Source: Clostridia bacterium
GTDB lineage: Bacteria; Bacillota; Clostridia; Christensenellales; UBA1242
Direction: 5' to 3'
Assembly (NCBI GenBank): GCA_045534555.1
Contig: JAZSJW010000002.1
Coordinates: 15,828-79,827, forward strand
DNA length: 64,000 bases
Below, piece by piece: positions 26,419 through 35,743 of the stretch. The notes beneath the pieces are model-generated. The model saw nothing but the letters and a program-made list of their open reading frames with translations, had not been told where the DNA came from and ran no database searches. The position numbers and the translations under genes are program-made. Position 1 is the stretch's first letter; every line of letters begins with the position of its first letter.

Positions 26419-27918
26419 ATGGCAGAAAGTAATATTGGATTTGAAGAAAAAATATGGAAAGCAGCATGTGTGCTTCGTGGAAATATGGATGCAAGCGAAT
26501 ACAAACATGTTGTTTTAGGTTTAATCTTTTTAAAATATTTAAGCGATAGCTTTGAAACAAGATATAAAGAACTTGTTGCTGAAGGCGAAGGATTTGAAGA
26601 AGATGTAGATGAATACACAAGAAAAGGAATTTTCTTCGTCCCAGAAAATGCAAGATGGAGTTATATCTCAAAATATGCACATGAGCCTATTATTGGAAAA
26701 GTTATTGATGAAGCAATGCAATCTATTGAAAAGTCTAATCACAGATTAGATGGTATTTTGCCAGATAACCATTTTGGAAGACCAGAGCTTGATAAAAGAA
26801 GGCTTGGAGAAGTTGTTGATTTGTTTACAAATATTTCAATGATAGATAGAAGTAAGGATTTACTAGGTAGAGTTTATGAGTATTGTTTATCAAAATTTGC
26901 TGAACAAGAAGGTAAGCTTGCTGGCGAATTCTATACTCCAAGTTGTATTGTTAAATTACTTGTTGAAATATTAAAACCTTTTAATGGAAGAATTTATGAT
27001 CCTTGCTGTGGTTCTGGTGGAATGTTTGTTCAAAGTGTAAAATTTATTGAAAACCATCAAGGAAGAATTAAAGATATTTCTGTATATGGACAAGATGCAA
27101 ACCCAACAACAAGAAAACTTTGTGCAATGAACTTGGCTATTCGTGGTATTGAGGCAGATCTTGGCAAATATGCAGACGACACATTCTTTAATGATTTACA
27201 TCCTCAATTAAAAGCAGACTATATTTTAGCAAACCCTCCATTCAACCTTTCTGCTTGGGGCGGAGATAAACTTGTTAATGATAAAAGATGGGTTTATGGT
27301 GTGCCACCAACAGGAAATGCAAACTTTGCTTGGCTTCAACATATGATTCACCATCTTTCTCCAAATGGAAAGATTGGTATGGTTCTTGCTAATGGTGCTC
27401 TTTCATCAAACACTGGTAACGAAGGAGAAATAAGAGCCAATATAATTAAAGCAGATTTGGTTGAAGCTATTGTTGCATTACCTGCTCAATTATTCTATAC
27501 AACAGGAATCCCTGTTACTCTATGGTTCTTAAACAAAAATAAAAAACAAAAAGGCAAAATTCTTTTCATAGATGCTCGTGAAATGGGAACTATGGAAACC
27601 AGAAAACTTAGAGTGTTAACTGACGATGAGAACGGTGACATTCAAAAAATAGCATCTACATTTAATGCGTTTGAAAATAATGATAATTATCAAGATATTA
27701 AAGGATATTGCAGAGTTGCAACATTAGAAGATGTAGAAAAAGAAGGATTTATTTTAACTCCAGGTAGATATGTTGGTGTTGCTGAAATTAAGCAAGACTC
27801 TGAACCATTTGAAACAAAGATGCCAAGATTAAAACAAGAGCTTTATGCAATGTTTGAACAAAATCATAAACTAGAAGAAAATATAAAAGCACAATTGGAG
27901 AAATTAAGTGGAAAATAA
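26419..27918 (+). CDS. hsdM: Type I restriction-modification system, methyltransferase subunit HsdM
   Basis: The HsdM N-terminal domain (EEKIWKAACVLRG, LGLIFLKYLSD), the AdoMet motif DPCCGSGGMF and the catalytic NPPF are all present. Confidence 0.95.
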   Translation: MAESNIGFEEKIWKAACVLRGNMDASEYKHVVLGLIFLKYLSDSFETRYKELVAEGEGFEEDVDEYTRKGIFFVPENARWSYISKYAHEPIIGKVIDEAMQSIEKSNHRLDGILPDNHFGRPELDKRRLGEVVDLFTNISMIDRSKDLLGRVYEYCLSKFAEQEGKLAGEFYTPSCIVKLLVEILKPFNGRIYDPCCGSGGMFVQSVKFIENHQGRIKDISVYGQDANPTTRKLCAMNLAIRGIEADLGKYADDTFFNDLHPQLKADYILANPPFNLSAWGGDKLVNDKRWVYGVPPTGNANFAWLQHMIHHLSPNGKIGMVLANGALSSNTGNEGEIRANIIKADLVEAIVALPAQLFYTTGIPVTLWFLNKNKKQKGKILFIDAREMGTMETRKLRVLTDDENGDIQKIASTFNAFENNDNYQDIKGYCRVATLEDVEKEGFILTPGRYVGVAEIKQDSEPFETKMPRLKQELYAMFEQNHKLEENIKAQLEKLSGK

Positions 27919-28801
27919 ATCAAATCCAGTATATGAACTAAGATTAGAGTTAGAAGCAATCAATGAAAAGCTAAATGTGTTTTGGGAATTTTATCAATAT
28001 TTAACATCTGCAGATTTAATTACTAAAAGATATTACAATGACTTGTTTCAAGAATTTTCTGCTGGCAATTTTCTCAATGCTAAAACTTGCCTTACAAAAA
28101 TTATCGAAAGATTACAAAAAGAATCTGAATATTCTTCACACATGTATGTAAAAGATATGTTTGTTTCTGCAATATCAATCTTAGAGGAAGCTAGTAGTCT
28201 ATGTGATAAAGCTTTAGATTTGATTGAGAATTCTGCATATCAAGGGATGAATGAAAAACAAATAATAAAAGCAAAGAAAAAAGATCTTGATTTGCAGTTG
28301 GCAGAAAAACAAGAAAAACAAGCGCCTTATCTCAATTTGAGCCTATCTATAGTATTTATTTTAATGTCTGTTACATTTGTTTTTGTTCCTCACTATTTTA
28401 ACAATTCTACTCTTCTTTATCACATTTGTGGATTTATGTTTTTCTTTGGATTTCTTTTTGCAAAACAAGAAATTGAACTAAGAAATAAAGTTGGATTTGT
28501 AACCCAGTCTGAAAAGCTTACTACTAAACGAGCATTTATTTCTTTGGTACAAGCTGTATTATACATGATACCCTTAGCAATATTATCTATTTTCTTTTAC
28601 GAGTTATTGTCTATCAGAATTTTATTATTTGTTCAAATATGGTTTTGTGCAGTACTTCTCATTAATGGCATTTTGATTTTAACTGTCCATTCATATACAA
28701 ACAAGAAAATGGAAAAGTTTAGCATCTGGGGATTTATTCTTGGTGCAATTTCAATTATTGGATTTGTAATTCAAATTTTACAATTGTTTGATGTTTTATA
28801 A
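27908..28801 (+). CDS. Hypothetical protein with an N-terminal helical domain of about 145 aa and five C-terminal TM helices, embedded in the type I R-M operon
   Basis: The GTG start at 27908 follows GGAG at 9 nt and overlaps the end of hsdM by 11 nt. No internal Met occurs before aa 78. The TM segments were read from the sequence. Confidence 0.65.
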   Translation: MENKSNPVYELRLELEAINEKLNVFWEFYQYLTSADLITKRYYNDLFQEFSAGNFLNAKTCLTKIIERLQKESEYSSHMYVKDMFVSAISILEEASSLCDKALDLIENSAYQGMNEKQIIKAKKKDLDLQLAEKQEKQAPYLNLSLSIVFILMSVTFVFVPHYFNNSTLLYHICGFMFFFGFLFAKQEIELRNKVGFVTQSEKLTTKRAFISLVQAVLYMIPLAILSIFFYELLSIRILLFVQIWFCAVLLINGILILTVHSYTNKKMEKFSIWGFILGAISIIGFVIQILQLFDVL

Positions 28802-28816
28802 TGCAAAGGAGAAAAT

Positions 28817-29851
28817 ATGGATAAAAATTATTCATTAATAATTGATACAAATGTTTTTGATTTACAAAAAGAGTTAGATGATTTTTCTGAGCCCTATTTA
28901 TTTTTCAAAATTGAAGAACTTGTTAATAAATTTGAAATTAATGATATTATTAGTAAAATAAACGTCTGTATTCCTAAAGTTGTATTAATGGAATTTGCTA
29001 AGCAACAAGATGAAAGATATGAAGATGAAATGAAAAAATTTCTAGGTAAAACATATCCATTATTCACTCCTCAAAAAAGAGAAAATTATATGTCCTGGTT
29101 AAATAAAAAATTTATAAAGTATCTAAAAGAAAATAATAATTTTGGAAACTGTGTATTTATTTTGGATTACCCTTCAGGTAAAAGCTTCAAAAATATTATT
29201 AATAGAGCAATTTTAAAACAAGAACCATTTGAGGGGAAAAATGGCAAAAGCGACAAAGGATTTAAAGATGCATTAATTTGGCAAACCTTATTGGAATATA
29301 AAACTTCGAATCCAACAACAAAAATTATATTATTTTCTAATGATTCAAAATTAACAAGCGAATATTGTCAAAAAGAATATAAACTTTTATTTAATGATGA
29401 CCTTATTATTGCTAAAAATGTTAAAGAACCATACCTTGATGAAGTGATTAAAAAGGAATTTAATTTAGATAAAATTGAACTATCTTTAGAAAACAAGTTG
29501 AAAAATAAACTTTTAGAAAAATTGGAAAACAATTTAGAATTTACAAATTTGATTGGTAAGTTTATTTTTTCTAAAATGGGAGAAAAAGAAGAAATATGCG
29601 AAGTTTTAGATCCGAATTTTAGAATTTCTAACATGGGAGGAGAAGAAGATTTACCTGCTTTTTATGTATGGATTTCTGTACGAGTAGGTGTAAAACATAA
29701 AGATGATGTAATTTTTGAAGAACTTCAATCAGGAATAGAAATTTCATATAATTTTGAAAAAGAAAAATTTATGATAGAAGCAAGCTTCCCAATCCATTCT
29801 GACTTTACAGATGAACAATATTACAATTTGATTAAATTTATAGAAGAATAA
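28817..29851 (+). CDS. PIN-like (DUF4935-type) predicted nuclease, embedded in the type I R-M operon
   Basis: The N-terminal LIIDTNVFD, plus later acidic positions (..VLMEF.., ..GFKDALIW.., ..FSNDSKL..), match the PIN acidic quartet pattern. The RBS is a strong AAGGAG. Confidence 0.6.
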   Translation: MDKNYSLIIDTNVFDLQKELDDFSEPYLFFKIEELVNKFEINDIISKINVCIPKVVLMEFAKQQDERYEDEMKKFLGKTYPLFTPQKRENYMSWLNKKFIKYLKENNNFGNCVFILDYPSGKSFKNIINRAILKQEPFEGKNGKSDKGFKDALIWQTLLEYKTSNPTTKIILFSNDSKLTSEYCQKEYKLLFNDDLIIAKNVKEPYLDEVIKKEFNLDKIELSLENKLKNKLLEKLENNLEFTNLIGKFIFSKMGEKEEICEVLDPNFRISNMGGEEDLPAFYVWISVRVGVKHKDDVIFEELQSGIEISYNFEKEKFMIEASFPIHSDFTDEQYYNLIKFIEE

Positions 29852-29867
29852 TTATTTGGAGAAATAA

Positions 29868-31037
29868 ATGAGTAATTGGAAACATATAGAACTCGGTGGT
29901 TTAATAAATTTTAGAAGAGGTTTTGACCTTCCAAAAACAGATATGATCTCTGGCCAATATCCAGTTGTTGCATCTAATGGAATTATTGGTTATCATAATC
30001 AATATACAACTAAAGCGCCTGTGATAACAATTGGAAGAAGTGGAAATGTTGGCACACCTTATTTTTACAATGAAAATTGTTGGGCTCATAATACAACCTT
30101 GGTTATAGATGCGTTTTATGATTGTGACCCTAAATTTATATATTATATACTAAAAACTTTAAATTTGCAAAATTATAGAGGTGGAAGTGCTGTCCCTACT
30201 CTAAATAGAAATCATATACATCCAATAAAGGTTTATGTGCCAGAATTAAAGGAGGAACAGCAAGCTATTGCAGATGTGTTAAGCTCTTTTGATGACAAGA
30301 TTGTATTAAATAATAAAATTATTAAAAATCTTGAAGAACAAGCGCAAAGTTTATATAAGCACTGGTTTGTTGATTTTGAATTCCCAAATGAAGAAGGTAA
30401 ACCATACAAATCAAGTGGGTGCAAATTTAAAGAATCTGAATTAGGTTTAATACCAGAAAAATGGGAATTGTCAAGTATTGATGATTTTGTTCAAATTAAT
30501 AAAAGAGGTATTAGTCCATTATATTCAGAGAATCATGATACCCCTGTTATAAATCAAAAGTGTATAAGAGATTCATTAATTGATATTAATGAGATTACTT
30601 TTAATGACGATTCAAAAAGTTATAGTTCAGAAATTGAGTTGAAATTTATGGATACTTTAGTAAACTCTATGGGGGTTGGGACTTTAGGTAGAATTTCACC
30701 TTATATATTAAATATAAAAGCAGTGCCTCATAGTTGTGTAACGTTAATAAGAAATGAAAATTATCCATGTTTTACATATTTAACAATTAAATCTTTGGAA
30801 GAAAGAATAACACAAATGGGAACTGGAACTACTGGGCAGACTTCATTAAATAATAAATCTTTAGGCGCATTGAAGATCTTGGTTCCAGATAAATTGATAT
30901 TAAAAAAGATAGAAGACACAATAATAATTCATTACAAAGAACTTGCTCAGCTATTATTAGAAAATAAAAAACTAGAAGAAACAAGAGATTATTTATTACA
31001 AAAGTTAATGAAAGGAGAAATAAAAGTTGGAAACTAA
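29868..31037 (+). CDS. hsdS: Type I restriction-modification system, specificity subunit HsdS
   Basis: Two target-recognition halves are separated by the conserved helices LEEQAQSLYKHWFVDFEFP and LEETRDYLLQKLM. Confidence 0.9.
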   Translation: MSNWKHIELGGLINFRRGFDLPKTDMISGQYPVVASNGIIGYHNQYTTKAPVITIGRSGNVGTPYFYNENCWAHNTTLVIDAFYDCDPKFIYYILKTLNLQNYRGGSAVPTLNRNHIHPIKVYVPELKEEQQAIADVLSSFDDKIVLNNKIIKNLEEQAQSLYKHWFVDFEFPNEEGKPYKSSGCKFKESELGLIPEKWELSSIDDFVQINKRGISPLYSENHDTPVINQKCIRDSLIDINEITFNDDSKSYSSEIELKFMDTLVNSMGVGTLGRISPYILNIKAVPHSCVTLIRNENYPCFTYLTIKSLEERITQMGTGTTGQTSLNNKSLGALKILVPDKLILKKIEDTIIIHYKELAQLLLENKKLEETRDYLLQKLMKGEIKVGN

Positions 31038-31668
31038 AGAAACTTTTTTACAAATGTGCTATCATTGTGGAAATGAGGGTCTTTTATATGTGAAATCTAA
31101 ATTTATAGACAAATATAATGATTATGAAAAGAATACTCCTATATATTGGTATGAGGATCAATATTCTTTATTAAAATGTCCTGTTTGTGGGAATGTTACA
31201 TGTATAAAGAGATCTACGGAAGAGGGTATGAGAAGTTTTCAGGGAAAACAGGAATATGATTTGTTTGTATTGTATCCAAATGTTAGCTGTGAATATAATG
31301 ATGTGCCAAATGAAATAAAATCATCTTTTGAAGCGGCAAAAAAAGTTGAAAAAATAGACAGCTCAATTTGTGCTTTATCATTAAGAAGAGTTTTAGAATT
31401 AATATGTATTGATAAACAAGCATTAGGAGACAATCTTGAGAAGAAGATAAAGGATTTAGTAAATAAAAATATATTACCATCAACCTTCGATGCTGCATGT
31501 AAGCATATTAGGATTATAGGAAATGAAGGTGCTCACGAAAATCAACTTTCAATTCCAGCAAGAGAATTAAAAACACTTATAGAATATTTGGAAAGTATCA
31601 TAAACTATTTATATGTATTACCAGAAAAGATTAAAAGGTTAACTAATATAAAAACAGGAAATGCTTAA
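31027..31668 (+). CDS. Zn-ribbon plus DUF4145-like protein, embedded between hsdS and hsdR
   Basis: The TTG start follows AAAGGAG and overlaps the end of hsdS by 11 nt. The pair CYHCGN...CPVCGN is present. The C-terminal half (LSLRRVLELICIDK...IRIIGNEGAHE) resembles the DUF4145 pattern often linked to type I R-M loci. Confidence 0.6.
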   Translation: METKETFLQMCYHCGNEGLLYVKSKFIDKYNDYEKNTPIYWYEDQYSLLKCPVCGNVTCIKRSTEEGMRSFQGKQEYDLFVLYPNVSCEYNDVPNEIKSSFEAAKKVEKIDSSICALSLRRVLELICIDKQALGDNLEKKIKDLVNKNILPSTFDAACKHIRIIGNEGAHENQLSIPARELKTLIEYLESIINYLYVLPEKIKRLTNIKTGNA

Positions 31669-31688
31669 GATAGATAAGGAGAAAACAA

Positions 31689-34600
31689 ATGAGTATAACA
31701 TTTAATGAAGAAAGTTTTGAACAAGCATTAATTGAACTATTTCAAAGAAATTTGAAATATGATTTTTGCTGTGGTTATGATATTGAAAGAGATTATACTG
31801 AGCCTTTACTTTTAGATAATGTTTTTTCTGCTTTAACAAAAATTAATAAAGGTTTGCCTAGAGTTGCAATTGAAGAAGCTATTAAAAAGATTAAATCGAT
31901 TAAAGGTAAAGATTTAGTTTCAAATAATGAACATTTTATGAATTATCTTCAAAATGGTGTTGAAGTTAAATTTTCTGATAATGGAAAAATTAAAACTGAT
32001 ATTGTTAACCTAGTTGATTACTCCGCTCAAGGAGTTGTTAATAATGAGTTCTTAATTGTTAATCAATACTCAATGCTTCAAAACGATATTACTAAACGCC
32101 CTGATATTATTGTTTTCTTAAACGGATTTCCTATTGTTGTTATTGAACTTAAAAGTTGTAGCAGAGAACAAACAGATAGTTCTCATGCTTTTAGACAAAT
32201 TAAAAATTATCAACACGATATTTCTAATTTATTTACATATAACTGCTTCAACATTGTTTCAGATATGACAAACTCAAAGCTTGGAACAATCACTGCTGAT
32301 GAAGATAGGTATATGGAATGGAAAAGCAAATCTGGTGATTATGAAGAAACCAAGTACTCTAACTTTACCACATTGTTTGAAGGTGTTTTTGCAAAAGATA
32401 GATTATTAAATATTATTAAAAACTTTATGCTATTTAGCAAAGGTGACAAAAAGATAAAAATTGTTTCTGCTTATCATCAATATTTTGCTGTTAATAAAGC
32501 AGTTGAAAGAACTTTGCAGGCTGTTGAAGATAATGGAAAAGCTGGTGTTGTTTGGCATACTCAAGGAAGTGGAAAAAGTTGCTCAATGGTGTTTTATTCT
32601 CACCTGCTTGATCACTATGCCGATAATCCAACAATTGTAGTATTGACAGACAGAAACGATCTTGATGGTCAGCTATATGAAACATTTAGTAAGTGTAAAG
32701 ACTTTTTAAGACAAACGCCTGTTCAAGCAGATTCCAGAGCTGGTCTTAAAAAGCTATTAAAAGACCGTGTTGCTGGTGGAATTATTTTCACAACAATGCA
32801 AAAATTTGCAGAAAGTGATGATGCATTAAGTGATAGAAAAAATATTATTGTAATGGCTGATGAGGCTCATAGAAGTCAATATGGTTTAAATGAAAAAATT
32901 GATCAGAAGACCGGAAAAATAAATGTAGGCTATGCAAGAATGGTTAGAAATAGCTTACCAAATGCTACTTTTATTGGCTTTACAGGAACACCAATTGATA
33001 CAAAAGATAAATCAACTCAAGAAATATTTGGTTCTTATATAGATATTTATGACATTACTCAAGCAGTAATGGATAAAGCAACAAAACCAATTTATTATGA
33101 AAGTCGTGTTGTTAAATTATCTTTAGACGATAAAGTTTTAAAACAAATTGATGAAGCCTATGCAGAAATGGCTCCTAATGCTGAAGAATATCAGATTGAA
33201 AAGAGCAAAAAAGATTTAGCAAAGCTCGAAGAGATATTATCTACAGAAAAAACTATTTCTACGCTTGTTAAAGACATTGTTACACACTATTCAGATAACA
33301 GAAGTCAAATATTATCTGGTAAAGCAATGATAGTTGCATATTCTAGACCAATTGCTATAAAGATTTGGCAAGAGATAATGGCTAAATATCCACAAATGAA
33401 AGGTAAAGTTAAAGTTGTTATGACAAGTGACAATAACGATCCTGAATCGTGGAGAAAAGTTGATGGAGTTAATCAAAACAAGAAAGACTTAGAAAAAGAA
33501 TTTAAAGACGATGAAAGCAACTTTAAGATTGCGATAGTTGTTGATATGTGGCTTACTGGTTTTGACCTTCCATCACTACACACAATGTATGTGTTTAAAC
33601 CAATGAAAGATCATAACTTGATGCAAGCAATTGCAAGAGTTAATAGAGTTTTCAAAGACAAAGAAGGCGGACTTATTGTTGACTATATTGGAATTGCACA
33701 AGCATTGAAAAAAGCAATGAAACAATATACAGTAAGAGACCAAAAGAATTTTGCTGAAAATGATATTTCTAAAAAAGCACTACCATTATTTCAAGAAAAA
33801 CTTTCAATATGTAGAGACTTTATGTATGGTTTTGATTACTCAAAATTTATTAAAGGAACAAATCTTGATCGTGCTAATTTAATTGTAGGTGGAATTAATC
33901 ACATATTACGAGATGAAGAAGATAAAAAAGTCTTCTTGAAAGAATCTCTAGCTTTACATCAAGCTGAAAGTTTGTGTATGAGTTTGATTGATTATGAGAC
34001 AAGACTTGAGGCGGCTTTTATGGAAAGTGTAAGAGTTGCTATTACGAGAATAAATCAAAGCAGAAAACTGAGTTTAAAAGAAATTAATGAAAGAATTTCC
34101 GAATTGTTGAGACATACAATTAAAACAAGTGAAGTTATAGATATTTTTGCGGATGCAAAGCTAGAATTCTCAATCTTTGATGATAAATATCTTGCAAGCT
34201 TACAAAGAATGAAAGAAAAAAATGTTGCAGTTGAAATACTTGCAAGACTTCTTAATGATGAATTAAAGTTGTTTGAAAGAACAAACCTTGTTCAAAGTGA
34301 ATTGTTTAGTGAAAAAATTCGAAGAATTATGCTTGCATACAACAATGGGCAAATTAATAATATTGAAGTTCTTGATGAGCTTATAAAACTTGCTCAGGAA
34401 ATTAAAGAAGTAGAAGATGCAGGTCAAAAACTAGGATTAAATAAAGAAGAAAAAGCTTTCTACGATGCACTGCTTAAACCTCAAGCATTGAAAGATTATT
34501 ATGAAGATAAAAATGAAGATCTTATTGCAATAGTTAGAGAGTTAACAGATATGTTAAACAAAAACAAAACTATTGACTGGCAAAAAAGAGAAACAGCAAG

Positions 34601-34721
34601 AGCGGATATGAGAAGTTTAGTTAAAAGACTTCTTAAGAAATATAACTACCCACCTAGAGAAAGAGATGAAGCTTTACAATATGTAATGGCTCAATGTGAA
34701 AGATGGGCAGATAATATTTAG
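31689..34721 (+). CDS. hsdR: Type I restriction endonuclease, subunit HsdR
   Basis: The N-terminal PD-(D/E)xK motif (RPDIIVFLNGFPIVVIELK) is present. Helicase motifs are GSGKS, DEAH (MADEAHRSQ), TGTP and QAIARVNR. Confidence 0.95.
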   Translation: MSITFNEESFEQALIELFQRNLKYDFCCGYDIERDYTEPLLLDNVFSALTKINKGLPRVAIEEAIKKIKSIKGKDLVSNNEHFMNYLQNGVEVKFSDNGKIKTDIVNLVDYSAQGVVNNEFLIVNQYSMLQNDITKRPDIIVFLNGFPIVVIELKSCSREQTDSSHAFRQIKNYQHDISNLFTYNCFNIVSDMTNSKLGTITADEDRYMEWKSKSGDYEETKYSNFTTLFEGVFAKDRLLNIIKNFMLFSKGDKKIKIVSAYHQYFAVNKAVERTLQAVEDNGKAGVVWHTQGSGKSCSMVFYSHLLDHYADNPTIVVLTDRNDLDGQLYETFSKCKDFLRQTPVQADSRAGLKKLLKDRVAGGIIFTTMQKFAESDDALSDRKNIIVMADEAHRSQYGLNEKIDQKTGKINVGYARMVRNSLPNATFIGFTGTPIDTKDKSTQEIFGSYIDIYDITQAVMDKATKPIYYESRVVKLSLDDKVLKQIDEAYAEMAPNAEEYQIEKSKKDLAKLEEILSTEKTISTLVKDIVTHYSDNRSQILSGKAMIVAYSRPIAIKIWQEIMAKYPQMKGKVKVVMTSDNNDPESWRKVDGVNQNKKDLEKEFKDDESNFKIAIVVDMWLTGFDLPSLHTMYVFKPMKDHNLMQAIARVNRVFKDKEGGLIVDYIGIAQALKKAMKQYTVRDQKNFAENDISKKALPLFQEKLSICRDFMYGFDYSKFIKGTNLDRANLIVGGINHILRDEEDKKVFLKESLALHQAESLCMSLIDYETRLEAAFMESVRVAITRINQSRKLSLKEINERISELLRHTIKTSEVIDIFADAKLEFSIFDDKYLASLQRMKEKNVAVEILARLLNDELKLFERTNLVQSELFSEKIRRIMLAYNNGQINNIEVLDELIKLAQEIKEVEDAGQKLGLNKEEKAFYDALLKPQALKDYYEDKNEDLIAIVRELTDMLNKNKTIDWQKRETARADMRSLVKRLLKKYNYPPRERDEALQYVMAQCERWADNI

Positions 34722-34729
34722 TTGTTAAA

Positions 34730-34756
34730 GAACAGATAAATTATCTGTTCTTTTTT
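34730..34756 (+). terminator. Rho-independent terminator after hsdR
   Basis: The hairpin GAACAGATA-aat-TATCTGTTC is followed by TTTTTT. Confidence 0.8.
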
Positions 34757-35035
34757 AGTGTAACCTGTAAAATTATAATTTTTCTGTTAGCGGAAATTTT
34801 TGCGTTATCTTATAAATATAAGACAAAAAAATTTAGAGTAATAGTGTAATTATCTGACGCTATTACACTAATGACACTAATTATTTATCACACGCGAGCG
34901 CGTATGTGAAACCCCTTAATTAAATAATTTAATATATCACTAATATATTTCAAATTCGCGTTATTCTATAATATATATAACAAAATAATAATCCGTCATT
35001 CTGTCATATCCGTCATAAATGACGGTAGTGACAGT

Positions 35036-35680
35036 ATGAAAGGCTATAAAAAAGAAGTCAAAATACTAAATGATAAAGAAGCTAAGATACTAGCCAACTA
35101 CTTACACACAGAACCAAACCCTAGATGGAAGATTGCATTGCTTACAGTACTATTTATGGGTTTAAGGCGTGGAGAACTTGCAGGACTAGAATGGAAGGAT
35201 ATAGATTTTGAGAATAAAACAATGAAGATTGCTCGTTCTGTACAAGAAGTAAATGGATTTGGAATTATTACTAAAGAGCCAAAGACTGAAACATCTAAAA
35301 GAGTTATTTATATCCCTGAAAGATTAATTGGTTACTTATTAGAATATAAAACCTTTTGGGATAATAGGAAGAAATATCTTGGCGATAGATGGTCAAAAAC
35401 TGATAGACTATTTTGCACAGATGATGGTGATGATATCAGTCCTGGATTGTTTATTGTATGGCTACATAAAATTTTAGACCGTGCAGGCTTGCCACGAGTA
35501 ACTCTACACTCACTTCGCCACACAAATATAACATTGCAATTGGCTAACGGTGTTGATATGAAAACAGTATCGGTAAGAGCTGGCCATTCAAAAGCCTCAA
35601 CAACTTCCGACTTCTATTCGCATTTCTTAAAAACACCAGATCAACACGCCAGCGCCACAATTGATAAAATTTTTGAGTAA
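35036..35680 (+). pseudogene. Tyrosine recombinase/integrase with the catalytic domain only (N-terminal ~150 aa missing)
   Basis: The catalytic residues are in context: GLRRGEL (Arg), HSLRHT (His-x-x-Arg), AGHS and FYSHF (Tyr). At 214 aa it is much shorter than the ~350-400 aa typical size. No ORF lies upstream and no SD precedes the ATG. Confidence 0.7.
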
Positions 35681-35743
35681 ATTTTATAATATCTTGTAAA
35701 AATGACAGCTTTATGATAAACTTATGAAATATAAGGAGATATT

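Noticed and set aside
26366-26680. Minus-strand ORFs of 104 aa and 71 aa overlapping the hsdM 5' region
   Set aside because: They lie opposite a clearly genuine hsdM. Their translations are repetitive and L/H/S-rich, they lack an SD, and one would run through the hsdM promoter and the tRNA scar.
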